A stretch of DNA of 64,000 nucleotides from Octopus sinensis. Taxonomy: Eukaryota. Each line of letters opens with the position of its first letter. Positions within the stretch are counted from its first letter, which is position 1. The DNA lies in the NCBI RefSeq assembly GCF_006345805.1, contig NC_043011.1, forward strand, positions 41,366,464 to 41,430,463, given 5' to 3'. Below are positions 23,630 through 36,800 of this stretch, in pieces. The position numbers and the translations under genes are program-made. Under the pieces are notes generated by a model. That model made no database searches and was not told the origin of the DNA. It worked only from the letters and a program-made list of their open reading frames with translations.

Positions 23630-23970
23630 CCACATACAGGTCTTGGATAAGCCTGGGGCTAAAATAAAACACACTGACCCAAGGCACCAGGCAGTGGGAT
23701 CGAATCCGTCGTTGCGAAGGGAACTTCTTAAATTATTCCCCTATCTTTTTATCGTTTAACTGTTTCAGATATTAGACTGTGGCCATGATGGGGCATCGCC
23801 TAGTAGAATTTTTAGTTGAACGAATCGACCCAGCACTTACCATTTTTTAAAGCCTGGTACCCATCTATCGGTCTTTTTTTGCCAAACTGCTTAGTTAAGC
23901 AGCGGTGAGGGTCAAACACAGACACAAAGGCACACACACACACACATATACATATATGATGAGCTTCTTT
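23630..23970 (-). mobile_element. SINE family A, diverged or rearranged
   Basis: Reverse-complement head and tail blocks. Confidence 0.6.
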
Positions 23971-24009
23971 CAGTTTCCGTCTCTGTGTCGGTGGCACATA
24001 AAAACACCA

Positions 24010-24650
24010 TCCGAAGACCCGGCAAGACTAGTCAGGCCATAACCCATGGCCCCTACCTGGGACGTAGTCAGTCCACCTGTGCATACCTTCCTTCTTGTGA
24101 CACTTGTGAAGACCTGTTGAGGCAAGTGAAAATCAAATCAAAACAAATCAAAATAGATGAACATCAATGGAATTTGTATCCTTGTGGTACCAGTGCCGGT
24201 GGCACGTGGCACACAAGAAAACCATCCGAACGTGGCCGTAGCCAGTACCGCATCGACTGGCCTCCGTGCTGTGGGCACGTAACAAGCACCATCCGATCGT
24301 GGCCGTTTGCCAGCCTCATCTGGCACCTGTGTCGGTGGCACATAAAAACACCATCCGAGCGTGGCCGTCTGCCAGCCTCGTCTGGCACCTGTGTCGGTGG
24401 CACATAAAAAACACCATCCGAGCGTGGCCGTTTGCCAGCCTCGTCTGGCACCTGTGTCGGTGGCACATAAAATCACCCACTACACTCTCGGAGTGGTTGG
24501 CGTTAGGAAGGGCATCCAGCTGTAGAAACACTGCCAGATCTGACTGGACTGGTGCAGCTTTCGGGCTCCCCATGCCCCAGTTGAACCGTCCAACCCATGC
24601 TAGCATGGAAAGCGGACGTTAAATGATGATGATGATGATGATGATGAAAT
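24010..24650 (+). mobile_element. Family B (RTE 3' UTR) with tandem about 62-bp units
   Basis: Starts in post-ORF2 RTE sequence (AGACTAGTCAGGCCATAACCC), has 4-5 GTGGCACATAAAAACACCATCCGAGCGTGGCC units, the core and a (GAT)n tail. Confidence 0.88.
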
Positions 24651-24859
24651 CCACTCACAAGACTTTGATCGATCCGAGACTATAGTAGAAGACACTTGCC
24701 CAAGATGCCATGCAATGGGACTGAACCCAGAACCATATGGTTGTGTAGCAAGCTACTTACCACACAGCCACGCCTGCGCCTGTATTCTGGATTGTTAAAT
24801 ACATCGACCCCTTTCCCCTTTGGTTTGGTTTTTCTGTTTGTTGCTTCTTTCGACGCGCC

Positions 24860-25112
24860 CCAGGACTGATAAGAGCAATTCAGTTTCCATGGTGAATGAT
24901 TAACTGAAATGACAATACTCTCTCATACCCTGGATGGAACGCCAGTCCATCGCAAAGTTAACTTCCCGACTATTACTTGAACTCATTTATAGGTGAATGG
25001 CTTGGTGCAACGTGAAATGAAGTGTTTTGCTCAAAAACACTATTCACTGTCGACTCGAAACCACGCTCTAACAATCCTAAGTGCAACACTTTAACCATTA
25101 GGCTACGTGCCT
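24860..25112 (-). mobile_element. CORE-type tRNA SINE, diverged
   Basis: Minus strand GGCACGTAGCCTAATGGTTAA...GTTTCGAGTC...TTTTGAGCAAAACACTTCATTTCACGTTG...GCGATGGACTGGCG. Confidence 0.65.
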
Positions 25113-25489
25113 TCAGACCAAACTCAATCACATTATCAAAATTACCTACTTTATAACAAATATCGGGAACCCTTCGATATTCGAACACGACGTCATACCC
25201 CCACACAACCTTCTCTCACAATATAAATAGCGACCAGGCTGAAAAAGAGGGTGAACGATGTCATCTCCTCACACCGACACTCTCTGGACCAATACCGAGG
25301 GAACACTCAAATATTTCCGACAATAATCACAGTGAAGTCCTTTCCCAGCTTCTATACTCCGCCAATATAGGATTGCTGCTTATCAGAGTTTTTCAAAATC
25401 TTAGTTTTGCGTCATTGACATGAATTAAGCTGTAAGGGAGATAACTCTTCCGGGTTGTAAACTGCAGAAAATTGGTTTTTCCATGTTTG

Positions 25490-25700
25490 ACATGGGTCAG
25501 ACGGAATTTGTTGAAGCAGATTTTCTACAGCTGGATGCCCTTCCTGTGCCAAACCTTCACCTGTTTCCCAGCAAGGTAATGCTTCCCTATAGCCAGACAT
25601 ATTTTTCATACAAAACTGGAAACAAACAACACAGCTTGTAAGACAGTGACACTCGTTAAAAACTCGTTTATAACCATCACATGACGTCAAGACAAGAGAC
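25490..25700 (-). mobile_element. Family B-related SINE variant
   Basis: Shares GGAAGGGCATCCAGCTGTAGAAAA; a second copy lies in opposite orientation at 51865-52095. Confidence 0.55.
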
Positions 25701-27589
25701 ACATACAGATGTATATATCTATACACACACATACACACACACACAGACAGACACACACACACACACACACGTGACACACTTTTACACAGTTCTTGCTTTT
25801 TATGAAATTCTAAAGATAAGCATTAGCACCAGTTTTAAGGTACTTCTTATGGAAACCCTGGGGTGCCATAATGAGTGATGCTTCTGAAATCTCAAGTGGT
25901 ACCAGGCCTTTAAACATCAGACCCTTTTGCCCAGTCGACCCAACCAGGAGTTGATCAAGACCCAGTTTGCATCCCAATACCAGCAAACCACTGGTCTGCT
26001 CTCTTTATCCAAAGCTCCCTACTGACACAGTAATTGAATTTATGGAATTCCAGAGATGCTCTGTTTGAAGTCAGGGATATAGACACATGGAGGGACTTGG
26101 CACTGTGGGGTGAGTCCTGGCCATGCTCCTCTTGTGTCTCCCCAGAATGTGCTACTCTGTGCTGCACCTGATCCGTGCTATCCAGACATTTCATTTTGAC
26201 CTGATGAATTTAGGAAGGGCATCCACATGTTGAAACCATGACAAAGCTGACACTGACACTTGGTGCAACCCTGCAGCTTCCTAGGCTCTGCCAAACTGTC
26301 CAAACCATGCCAGCATAGAAAGCAGATGTTAATTTAGGATGATGATGATGATGATGATGGTCTTGCATTTTTTTGCTGCAGATACATTCTGTGTTCATTA
26401 TCCTATTCCTGTTTGTTTGGCTGAAAATCCATAAATCCATGCTGTTGTAGGATCACGTTCTCTGTCCACTCCAAAGATTATAGAGTTTAACAGAAAGGAT
26501 TAAAATGGATTGAAGAGCAAAAAGTGGAAGAGTATTAGTGAATTTAGCCCTTTAGCATTTAAACAAGCTAAATCTGGCCCAGATATTCTACATGTTTCAT
26601 GTTCAAAATGGCCAGATCCAGCCTCTCATACCTACCCTACAACATCATTCTAAAACTCTTTAAAATCCCATCGCTACCTTCCTTTTATCTCCATCAGCCA
26701 TGTACCTCTATAAGAGCAAGACACCTGTGCTAATCCCTCAGTCATACCCCTCTCCAGACTGGTATTTCCCATCGTCTGTACACCAAACCTTGCTCATCAC
26801 TTCTCTATATAAAACTGATTGTATTTACAACTGTTTGGATTTCTGAGAAGATTATCGTTCTGACATCTTGAGATATTGGAATATTAGCTCTTACACTGGC
26901 TAGAAGAGAAGGGTCAGTCAACATGAGTCTAAAATTTTCTGAGGGCTTGCTCCCCTCATATGAGACAAAAGAATTCCTGTATTAGAATATAAAACTGCAA
27001 TTGTTGTATGCAACAGAAGCAGTATTAGATTAAAATAGCCCTCTGTGTATCATACTCAATGTAAATACATTACTTAAAACAAATTTACTGTAGTATTCAT
27101 CCTTTAACCTCCACCTGTTTACCCCCTCCTGTCACTCTCCCCTGTGACCCATCGTCTGGATCCTCTTGCACTCACCTTCTTAATCCTTAAGAGTTTGCTC
27201 TCACACCTCATCCTACCTTCCTTCTATCTCTCTTCCGTAGCAAGACACTTGTGCTTGACCCTCTCTCATCCTTTAGCCTTTCAACACTTGGCCTTGGCCT
27301 ACAGCCACTCACTGCTCACCTTCCCCTCCCAACTACTTCCTCTTTCCACTTCCTTTTCCTCTCTTCTTTTCTGTCTTGCAAGTTACACAGCAACTTCACG
27401 AGTACCAGTGGCACAGGAAACAAGCACAGAGTACCCTCTGTAAAATGGTTAGCATTCGACAAGGCATCCAACTATAGAAGTCATGCCAAAGATGATGCGG
27501 GGGCTTGGTGCAGCCCTGCAACTCACTGGTTCCCTGTCAAACCATCCAACTCCTACTAGTATGGAGAGTGGACATTAAATGATCCTTTC

Positions 27590-27800
27590 TGCTATAGGCA
27601 AAGGGCTTGTAATTTAGGAGGAGGGAGCCAGACGATTACATAAACCCCAATGTGTAACTGGTACTTACTTCATTGACCCTGAAAGGATAAAAGCAAAATT
27701 TGAACCTCAGCAGAATTTGAACTCAGAACATAAAGATGACCAAAATGTCGCTAAGCATTTTGCCTGGCATGCTAATGATTCTGCCAGCTCACGCTGCCTT
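27590..27800 (-). mobile_element. SINE family C
   Basis: Matches the other family C copies. Confidence 0.8.
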
Positions 27801-27944
27801 AAGTGACCATTAAATGGTGATAACCATTATCATCATTGATATCCAAAAGCTACAAGATAATGCATGATTAATTCAAAACACCTTGAATAAATAAACGTTA
27901 CATTTGGCAGAGTAACCTCAACGTGAAAGAGTAAACATCCTTAC

Positions 27945-28157
27945 TTGGCTGCGGCACCGATTACCACTCTTACGGCAGCTTCCTTCATGTAGTCATTCTT
28001 TATGACATTGGCACCATAATTCCTCATTGCCACATGTCTTGTTTTGGCAAATAAGGCAGACAAATCTGAAGACACAATACACAGCAGGCCGTTGTTCCGA
28101 ATATTGGTGAACGCTGCATCAAGGTATGACACACAACTCCCGTGTGCATCAATAAAT
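27945..28157 (-). CDS. TRMT1L: TRMT1-like, coding exon 4 (motif IV region)
   Basis: TTTTCACCCAG acceptor, GTAAGG donor, 213 nt; (I)FIDAHGSCVSYLDAAFTNIRNNGLLCIVSSDLSALFAKTRHVAMRNYG, cf. recalled human [23 protein letters not shown]. Confidence 0.94.
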
Positions 28158-28749
28158 CTGGGTGAAAAGAAAAGTTCGTTAATAACAGTGAGATGACATG
28201 GAATCACGGGAGGGAAAAATCTTTTTGTATTAAGCATTAGTAGAAGATGTAGGTAACACTGTGTTAAGTGACTGACGTTTTACAAGTGTAGTGGGGGGGG
28301 GTTACTGTTTAGCTTGATTTAGACAGGCATGTATATATAAAGGCAATTGTATAGAGATGTAGACATGACTGTGTGGTTAAGAAGATTACTTTCAAACCAT
28401 GTCGCTTCAGGTTCAGTCCCACTATATGCACTCTCCTGTGTGAATATCTTCCACTACAACCATAGGCCAACAAAGCTTTAAGAGCAGATTTAGCAGATGG
28501 ATAACCCATTCATCTGTTTTTATTGTATGTATGTATGTGTGTATGTATGTATATATATATGTGTATATATATATATATATATATAATCAGCCGAAATTGC
28601 TAAGATGATCTGGTTCTTGACTGATGACTGAGGGCTTCGAATGTCCCGTCCTGTGGTTCTTGTGTCGTCTCTGTGGTGTTTCATGTTCTTGTCCATGTCT
28701 GTAATTAATTTTACTGTTTACCTATATATATATATATATATATATATAT

Positions 28750-29128
28750 ACTCTTTTACTTGTTTCAGTCATTTGACTGTGGCCATGCTGGAGCATGCCT
28801 TTAGTCGATCAAACTGACCCCAGAACTTATTCTTTGTAAGCTTAGTACTTATTCTATCGGTCTCTTTTGCTGAACTGCTAAGTTACGGGGACATAAACAC
28901 ACCAGCATCGGTTGTCAAGCGATGTTGGGGGGACAAACACAAACACACACACGCATATATATATATACGACTGGCTTCTTTCAGTTTCCGTCTACCAAAT
29001 CCACTCACAAGGCTTTGGTCGGCCTGAGGCTATAGTAGAAGACACTTGCCCAAGGTGCCACACAGTGGGACTGAACCCAGAACCATGTGGTTGGTAAGCA
29101 AGCTACGTACCACACAGCCACTCCTACT
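28750..29128 (-). mobile_element. SINE family A, full length
   Basis: Complete reverse-complement copy; a plus-strand head fragment lies at 28335-28500. Confidence 0.88.
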
Positions 29129-29781
29129 AATATATGGGTAAATAATTATTAATTTTAAAATTAATAATTATTACCAAGTAGATATCGGTATGGAAAGAGA
29201 ACCATTATCGGTAAGAACTTTTACAAAAAGTTGAATGGTCAAGTGGTTTAAGGCACCAGGTACCTTAACCAAAGGCGACGATGATATATAATTGGGGTTA
29301 AGCAACAAGTTGCTTAATCACATACCAAAAAATTTAGAAATAGCAGCCAAAGACCGCTTATTCCTATTTACTACAGATATAGCTCCACATATAACATTTC
29401 TTGTAACTCACATAGGCAAAAGAAGGAAAATAATGAAATCAAACAGCCTTCGGTCAGTTGTGGACATGTTTCTGGGTTAGAGTTATCAAGAACTCATTCC
29501 CATCATCAGCTCAACAATCCATAAATTATGGATTTGCAAATGCTATTAACCTACCTCTTGCATCCCGATCCCGCGCCATCGGAGATAACAGAAGATAGTC
29601 AGCACATCCAAATCCATGTAGACAAATGAATTCGTATTTTCCCTCCAAGATTACCATGTGTGCCACAAAACAGTACCGCAGAAAGAGAACTGCGGTTTAT
29701 TAGTAATGAAATTTTTCACTCCCTTATAAAAACCGCAGTTCTCTTTCTGCATATGCATATGTCTATATACATAATAACATA

Positions 29782-30151
29782 CTAGCACTATGACCCGACA
29801 ACGCCGGGTCATAGTGCTAGTGCATGCATATACAGCTGCGTGCGTGCGCACATACACACGAGTACTGTCCAAATCTCCGACCAATCACATACAGCTAGCT
29901 GGCATTCAATTGGCGTATCAAGTTTCGGGCATTTTGATTGGGTTTTGGATAGAATATTCAGAAAAAAGTCACTTCTATTGATTTTTTAATGGCTTTGTGG
30001 GGTGACTGGGGAAATGTAAAGATGTGCACAACCATCTTTGGACGGTGTTGAATGACGATAGAAAGTGCGAGCCCTCTAACTGAAAAATTGTGGATTTGTA
30101 TAAAGGATACACACACACAGAGACATTTTGCCTTTTATATATATAGAGAGA
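29782..30151 (-). mobile_element. Non-autonomous Helitron
   Basis: Minus strand: A|TCTCTCTATATATATAAAAGG 5' end and hairpin + CTAG|T 3' end. Confidence 0.75.
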
Positions 30152-30600
30152 TATATATACATATATATATATATATACATACACATATATATATATACAC
30201 ATATATATATATATATACATATATACACATATATATATATACACATATATATATATATATATACATATATACACATATATATATATATACACATATATAC
30301 ATACATACACATATATATATACACATATATACATACACACACATATATACATACACACATATATACATACACACATATATACACATATATACATACACAT
30401 ATATACATACACACATATATACACATATATACATACACACATATATACATACAGACATATATACACATATATACATACACACATATATACACATATATAC
30501 ATACACACATATATACACACATATACATACACACATATACATACACACATATATACACACATATACATACACATATATACATACACATATATACATACAC

Positions 30601-30653
<53 letters not shown>

Positions 30654-30660
30654 CATATAT
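30152..30660. repeat. (TA)/(CATA)/(CA) compound microsatellite
   Basis: About 500 nt of AT/AC dinucleotide variants. Confidence 0.95.
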
Positions 30661-31050
30661 CACAATCATATTCATTGTGCCATGCTGGCGTGGGTTGGAC
30701 AATTTGACAGGAACCAATACCTGTTTTGGAATGGTTTTAATGATTAGCTGCCCTTCCTCATGCTTCAGTCTAACAAGGATTTCTATCCAATGTTTCTGTC
30801 AAGCAAGTCCACTCACAAGGCTTTGGTTGGCCAAGACAATAAGTAGAAAACACTTGCTCAAGGTGCCACACTGTGGGACTGAACCTGGAACCATGTGGTT
30901 GGCAAGCTAACTTCTTAACCACCACAGTCACGCTTGCACTTCATACCATTAGGAAAAAAATATTCCTATCACAGAAACAACAACAACAACAGCAACAAAA
31001 ACTCCTCCAACTGCATTTCCAAATCGCAGTGTGATGCGGTGCAAACTTAC

Positions 31051-31291
31051 ATGAAATCAAATGCCTCCAGGTGCATAATAACATTTGCAGAGACTTGCTG
31101 CACAAATATTTCGTCGATGAGTTGGTGCGGAAGAGGGAGACCAGGTGCTCGACTGTAGTCTATTGGCAGTTCCTTCGGTAACATGCTGTTACGGTAGCAG
31201 TTTGCCTCTAATAAGTCGAGGTTGTTTCGGTCTGTTATAGTCACATGGGCCTTCTTACCCAAGAACTTCTTCCACTGAATACCAGCCAAAC
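31051..31291 (-). CDS. TRMT1L: TRMT1-like, coding exon 3 (SAM-binding motifs)
   Basis: TTTTGGCAG acceptor, GTAAGT donor, 241 nt; (G)LAGIQWKKFLGKKAHVTITDRN...ANVIMHLEAFDF, cf. recalled human [20 protein letters not shown]...ANVLMHLRSFDF. Confidence 0.94.
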
Positions 31292-31399
31292 CTGCCAAAA
31301 AATAAATAAATAAACATACTTTACATATATACTTACATATACATAAAATACACAAACACACATATACATATATAAACATACACATGTGTATACACACAT

Positions 31400-31810
31400 A
31401 TACCTTGGATCGTAGGGTGACATGCTGTGCTTGAAGAGACCTATTGAGTAAAGTACATCAAAATCAAATAGAAATTGTAGTTGTGATCCTCATGCTGATG
31501 GCACATAAAAAGCACCATCTGAACATGGCCAATGCCAGCGCCACCTTGACTGGCTTCTGTGCCAGTGGCACATAAAAAACACCAACTGATTGTGATCATT
31601 GCCAGCCTCCTCTGGCCCTTGTGCCAGTGGTACATAAAAAGCACCCACTACACTCTTGGAGTGGCTGGCGTTAGGAAGGTCATCCAGCTGTAGAAACACT
31701 GCCAGATCAGACTGGAGTCTGGTGCAGCCTCCTGGCTTCCCAGACCCCAGTTGAATGTCCAACCCATGCCAGCATGGAAAACGGACGTTAAACGATGGTG
31801 ATGATGTTAC
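31400..31810 (+). mobile_element. Family B retroposon
   Basis: Tandem GTGGCAC units, core and (GAT)n tail; further fragments at 30660-30790 (-), 32040-32230 (-) and 32230-32510 (+). Confidence 0.8.
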
Positions 31811-32859
31811 TATAAGCGAATTTTCATAAGTTTGTGTGAACAGACTGTAATATTTTGGCCTGTTCCCAATATCATTTTATTAATAGCAATTCTTGTACTT
31901 GACCGACTTAAGCTCATCCAGCTGCCCCCAATCTATGGCACCCAGTCTCGTGCCTGTCTGTCATACAGCCAAATAAGAAACTGATTTTCAGATACATTTA
32001 TAGCGAAAAAAGAAAAATGTTATATGGCAATAAATATGCCATCGTTATCAACATTGGACGTCCATTTTCCATGCTGGCATGGGTTGGACGGTTTGACACA
32101 AAGAAGCAAGTCAGAAGACTGTGCCATGCTTCACTGTCAGCTTTGGTATGGTTTCTATGGCTGGACATCCTTTTTAATACGAACCACTTTGCAGAGTGTA
32201 CTGGGTGGTTTTCACATGGCAGTAGTTTGTCCTCATTTAACATCCGCTTTCTATACCAACATGGGTCAGATGGTTTGAGTGGAGCCTGAAGACCTGTTGA
32301 AGCAAGTGAAATCGAAATCAAATTCGATGACTGGCATTCATGCCAGTGGAGTGCTAAAAGTACCATACAAGCATGATCGTTGCCAGAGCAACAAACTGGC
32401 CTCCGTGCAGGTGGCACGTAAAAAGCACCATTCGAGTGTGATTGTTACCTGCGTCGCCTTACTGGCACTTGTGCTGGTGGCACGTGAAAAAACATTCGCA
32501 CGCAGGCACACATGAACACATACATACATGGGCATACACACGCATATACACACACATGTACGCACATATAACTCCACACATACACATAGACGCATGCACA
32601 CACCACATACATACACGCACACACATACTTCAAACTGCCACTCGAACATCGTTCTACTGACCATTTCTCTACGCACATGTGAAGAGACACACACCTACAC
32701 AAAGAACCACCATTCTTGTTACCATGCTGATGAATCCTTCCTACAACATTAACAGACACAAAGTTCACTCACACATACACATATAAACAGCCAACACCAC
32801 ACACACAGACTTGCACAAACGCACATACCCACACATACCGCTTCTTACACTCTCCTGTC

Positions 32860-33015
32860 TTAGAAAGAACTTTTTTTCCACCCATTCCCTTCTGGTCATT
32901 TTAAAATGTAACTACATGTGAATCATTGGCAAATTTTTTCTTCCGTCTTCCTTTTCTCTTGGACTTTCTCTGTCTCCTGTTTCTGAAGAAGGCTTTGCTT
33001 GAAACTTAAAACCAC
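32860..33015 (+). mobile_element. Penelope-like terminal repeat remnant with minimal hammerhead-like motif
   Basis: GTTT-CTGAAGA-AGGCTTTGCTT-GAAAC-TTA-AAAC at 32979-33012. Confidence 0.5.
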
Positions 33016-33050
33016 ATATATGTGCATGCGTGTGTGTGTATATATATATG

Positions 33051-35930
33051 TAGTTTCAGCTCAGAACTGTGGCCATGCTGGGGCACCACTGTTTTGCCAC
33101 ACTAATATTACTTAGAGCCTCCTTTAATATGTGGCACTTGTTAAAGAATGGAGTTTGATGTCGCTACTCTCATTTGCACCTCTTGCTGTGAGGTAGGTTC
33201 ATCTGGGACTCTTGACAGGAAGAGGTCCAGTTTTGATTTGAAAACACCTACATCCATTTTGTGTAGGTCCCTCGGGCTCTTTGGGAGAATATTAAAATGC
33301 TGTGGGCCCCTGAAACCCAGGCTGTTGCAGTAACTGGTAGTGAAGCGTGATGGCATTGCTGGGATCTTTGGCACTGGGCAGTGTTGACCTTTTCTTGCAT
33401 GGTGTAGCTTTCATTGCCAAAGTTTGGCACAATTCCTTCAAGGATCTTCCACATGTATATTACTGCGTATCTCTCCCACCTTTGCTTCAGGGAGTAGAGT
33501 CTTAGTTGTTTCAGCCTTTCCCAGTAGCTGAGCTGTTGCAATGAGATGATCTTCTTTGTGAAGCTTTGCTGGATTGCTTTAAGGTCCATTGTTAATTTTA
33601 CATAGCTGGGAGCAGCATTCCAGGCAGCTGAGGACAAATGCCCTCTAGAGGGCCATCATGGTTTCCATTTCTCCGTTTCTGAACATTCTCAGGATCCAGT
33701 CAGCCAGTCGTCTGCACTTTGTCGCCATCCTTGTAATGTGCACTTGGAAAGAGGTATCATCACTCACGTCGATACCCAGGTCCCTCACTGATTTAGGCTC
33801 TGGGATTGTAATACTCTGTGGACCAGTGTACCCTGTAAGTTTTACATTCAGTTTTGGATGCTGGTAGCGCAGGGCTTGGAATTTTCCAGCATTAAACTGC
33901 ATATTGTTATCCTCAGCCCATCTGTAAATTGAGTCCAACTCCTGCTGCAGATGTGCAACATCACTGGGTTTCTGTATTTTCTGCGAGACTTTTGTATCGT
34001 CTGCATAGCTAGCAAGGGTGGCTATCCAGGCAGTTGAGGACATATCTGAGAGGTCCAAGACAGTGCCCTGTGGAACACTGCTCACTAATTGTGTTTTCAT
34101 AGAGGTGGCTCCATTGGCCACTACTGCTTGACTTCTATTTTTCAGAAAGTCATGTAACCACTCTCCAGGTTTTCCAGCTATGCCGAGATCATGCAGTTTG
34201 TGGCATATCCATCGTAACAGCCTCATTGGTTACAGGTGAGGCAACGAAGAAATCCACTGGTTTATTAACTTGTCTGTGTTCCAATGGAGTGGTAAAGACA
34301 CTTTTGAACTGGTCATTCAGTACCTCACCGATCCTGGTTGGACTATCTGTGAGGTAGTCATCCTTTTGGAAGAGGTGTCCTATGCTGCAGCGTACTGAGG
34401 CTGTTTCTTTCACATAATGAAAGAGGACTTTGAGTTTGACTTAATGTTTTTTATAATCCAGGCTTCTTTGTCTGCTCTCTCCCTCACATAGGATTGTTGC
34501 AGGCTTTTTTCAATCTCCATCAGAGTTGTTTTTAGGCAGGACCTTTCGCTACTTTTGGAATGTTGGTTGAGGCAATTTGCAACCTTCGTCCATCGTCTCA
34601 TAAGGATCTTCCTTTCCCTTGGAATCTTGTTCCTTTTTGTGTTGGCCTTGTGCTCTGCGACATATTTCTGGCATATGGTTTGCATAACAGACATGAGTTA
34701 TTCTAGTTTCATGCCAATGTCTGGTGTGGAGAGACATTTCAGCCAGTTCTGTCTGCAGATTGCTTTTCGGATCAATTTCCAGTGTTTTGTGGAAGTTCAG
34801 ATTGGAGAGATTTTGGGTGCTTCCTTTAGGCTGTATGTCTCTGGCTACTTTTGGCCCATACATAGACAGCTCTATTATGTTGTGATCTGAGGCTAATGTT
34901 GGTGTCACCTTCACATCAAGAACAATGTCCATATTGCTTGTGAAGCAGAGATCCAAAATGTTATTCACCCTAGTTAGTCTGACAACTTACTCCATGAATA
35001 GGGCATTGGTGAGGTTGAGCAGGGACTCCACCTGTGCTTGTTTGCAAGGAGTCATTCCTGAGATCATGAGGCCTTCAGGCCATATGACATTAGGGAAGTT
35101 GAAATCACCCTAAGAAATATGCTCACGTGGTGTTCCAGTTTCATGAGGATTTCTTTAATTTTTGTGAGGCAATCTTCAAACTTGCCTATGTGGTTTGGAG
35201 CATCTAGTGGGTGATATGCATTGCATATGACTACATTGTGTTGTCTCATGTATACAATTAGAGTGTCATATACTGAATTTGAGTATGACAATAAGACCTG
35301 GGATGTGAGGTCATCAAGGATATATACAGCAATTCCACCATGGCTCCTTTCTTTTCTATCTGTTTGCAGTATGGTATATTTTGGTACATGTGCTTCTGCA
35401 TCCTCTCTATTAGGGCTCAGATGAGTTTCCACGAGTGCTATGCATAGGGCTTGATTACATGCAGCAAGGTCTCTCAGGAAAAAAATTTTGCTTTTGTTGT
35501 TACAATGCAACAGGCCCCTAATATTTAGTAAAAATATTGGCATGATGATTGTGCAGGCGCTAGGGGAGGCCATCCTGTGTCTGTTGATTGTGGTGGTCTT
35601 GCGCAGTGTTGGGCAAGGTTCCTTGTTTGCGCTTGATGTAGCCAAGTCAGCTTCTGCACAGTGTTTTGCACCATGCACAAAAAAGACTCTTGCTCAGCTG
35701 CTGCCTTCTGCATAACATCTGAAGGGCGCACTGCTTTTGCATACTTTTCTTTGGAGGCGATTGGTGCCTTTCCTCAGGGAAGTATTTCTCCTCTACAGTC
35801 TTACCTATGCCAACATTTGCCTTGCAGGTAAAATTTACAGGTCCTTGAGTACCCTCCAAATTTCTTCTCTCCTAGGGTTTCAAATTCCATTGGAACCTTC
35901 ATATTTGAGTTTTGTTTAGTGTTTGGTGAT
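33051..35930 (-). mobile_element. CR1/L2-group LINE, near-complete ORF2 pseudogene (APE + RT)
   Basis: LLNIRGL/ETHL endonuclease start (about 35520-35420), NNILDLCF, VPQGTVL, YADDTKV, RDLGI and C-terminal LDLFLSRVPDEP; many stops and frameshifts; 3' tail at 33051-33090. Confidence 0.92.
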
Positions 35931-36278
35931 TTCGGGTTTCAGTTACTTCATTTTTTCTTTTTCCTTTTTCTCCCCTTCCGCCTTTATATTTGTGCTCGTG
36001 TTCTTTCCTTCCTTTTCTTGTGGTAGCACTTGCATTCCTCTGGTTGTCCAATGGGGTGAGGACTCTGTTCCTTTGTAGGACCACTGTATATATATGTGTG
36101 TGTGTGTATATAGAGAGAGATATATGTAACAGGCTTCCTTCAGTTTCTGTCTACCAAATCCACTCACAAGGTTTTGGTCAGTTTAAAGCTATAGCAGAAG
36201 ACACTTTCCCAAGGTGCCACACAGTGAATCTGAACTCAAAACCATGTGGGTGGTAAGCAAGCTTCTTACCACACACCC

Positions 36279-36314
<36 letters not shown>

Positions 36315-36350
36315 ACATACATACAAATATATATATACACACACATACAA

Positions 36351-36389
<39 letters not shown>

Positions 36390-36406
36390 TTGATTTTGAT
36401 TTTTCC

Positions 36407-36800
36407 AGTTTCAGCTCATGAGCTGTGGCCATGCTGGGGCACCGCCATTTGGTTTGCTACATGATTTTACCTCACGAATGCATTTTAGCAACTGCCATTT
36501 GGTGCATGAGAGAGTTCGATACAGCTGCCCTCATCTGCACCTCCTGCCGTGAAGTTGGTTCATCCGGGACACCTGACAAGAAGAGATCCAGTCCTACTTT
36601 AAAGACATCCACATCTACACCATGCAGGTCCCTCAGGAGGATATTGAAGAGCTGTGGGCCTCTGAAGCCCAGGCTATCACAGTATCTTGTCCTACATCTT
36701 GATGGCAAATTTGGAGTCCTTGGTACCATGCAGTGGCGCCCGGTTCTGGCATTTGTGTGACTCTCGATGCCAAAGTTTGGGACAAGTCCTTCCAGGAATA
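36407..36800 (-). mobile_element. 3' fragment of the same CR1-group LINE family
   Basis: [28 protein letters not shown] matches 33141-33374; same 3' tail. Confidence 0.88.

Noticed and set aside
24240-24480. CRISPR-like array of regularly spaced repeats (also 41450-41700, 40440-40620)
   Set aside because: The about 62-bp units are contiguous with no unique spacers, belong to an RTE 3' UTR, and there are no cas genes in this eukaryotic DNA.
25955-26194. Minus-strand ORF with protein-like stretch SRELWIKRADQWFAGIGM
   Set aside because: I recognise no family, it has no flanking splice sites that fit TRMT1L phases, and the gene model is complete without it; it is probably a decayed TE fragment.
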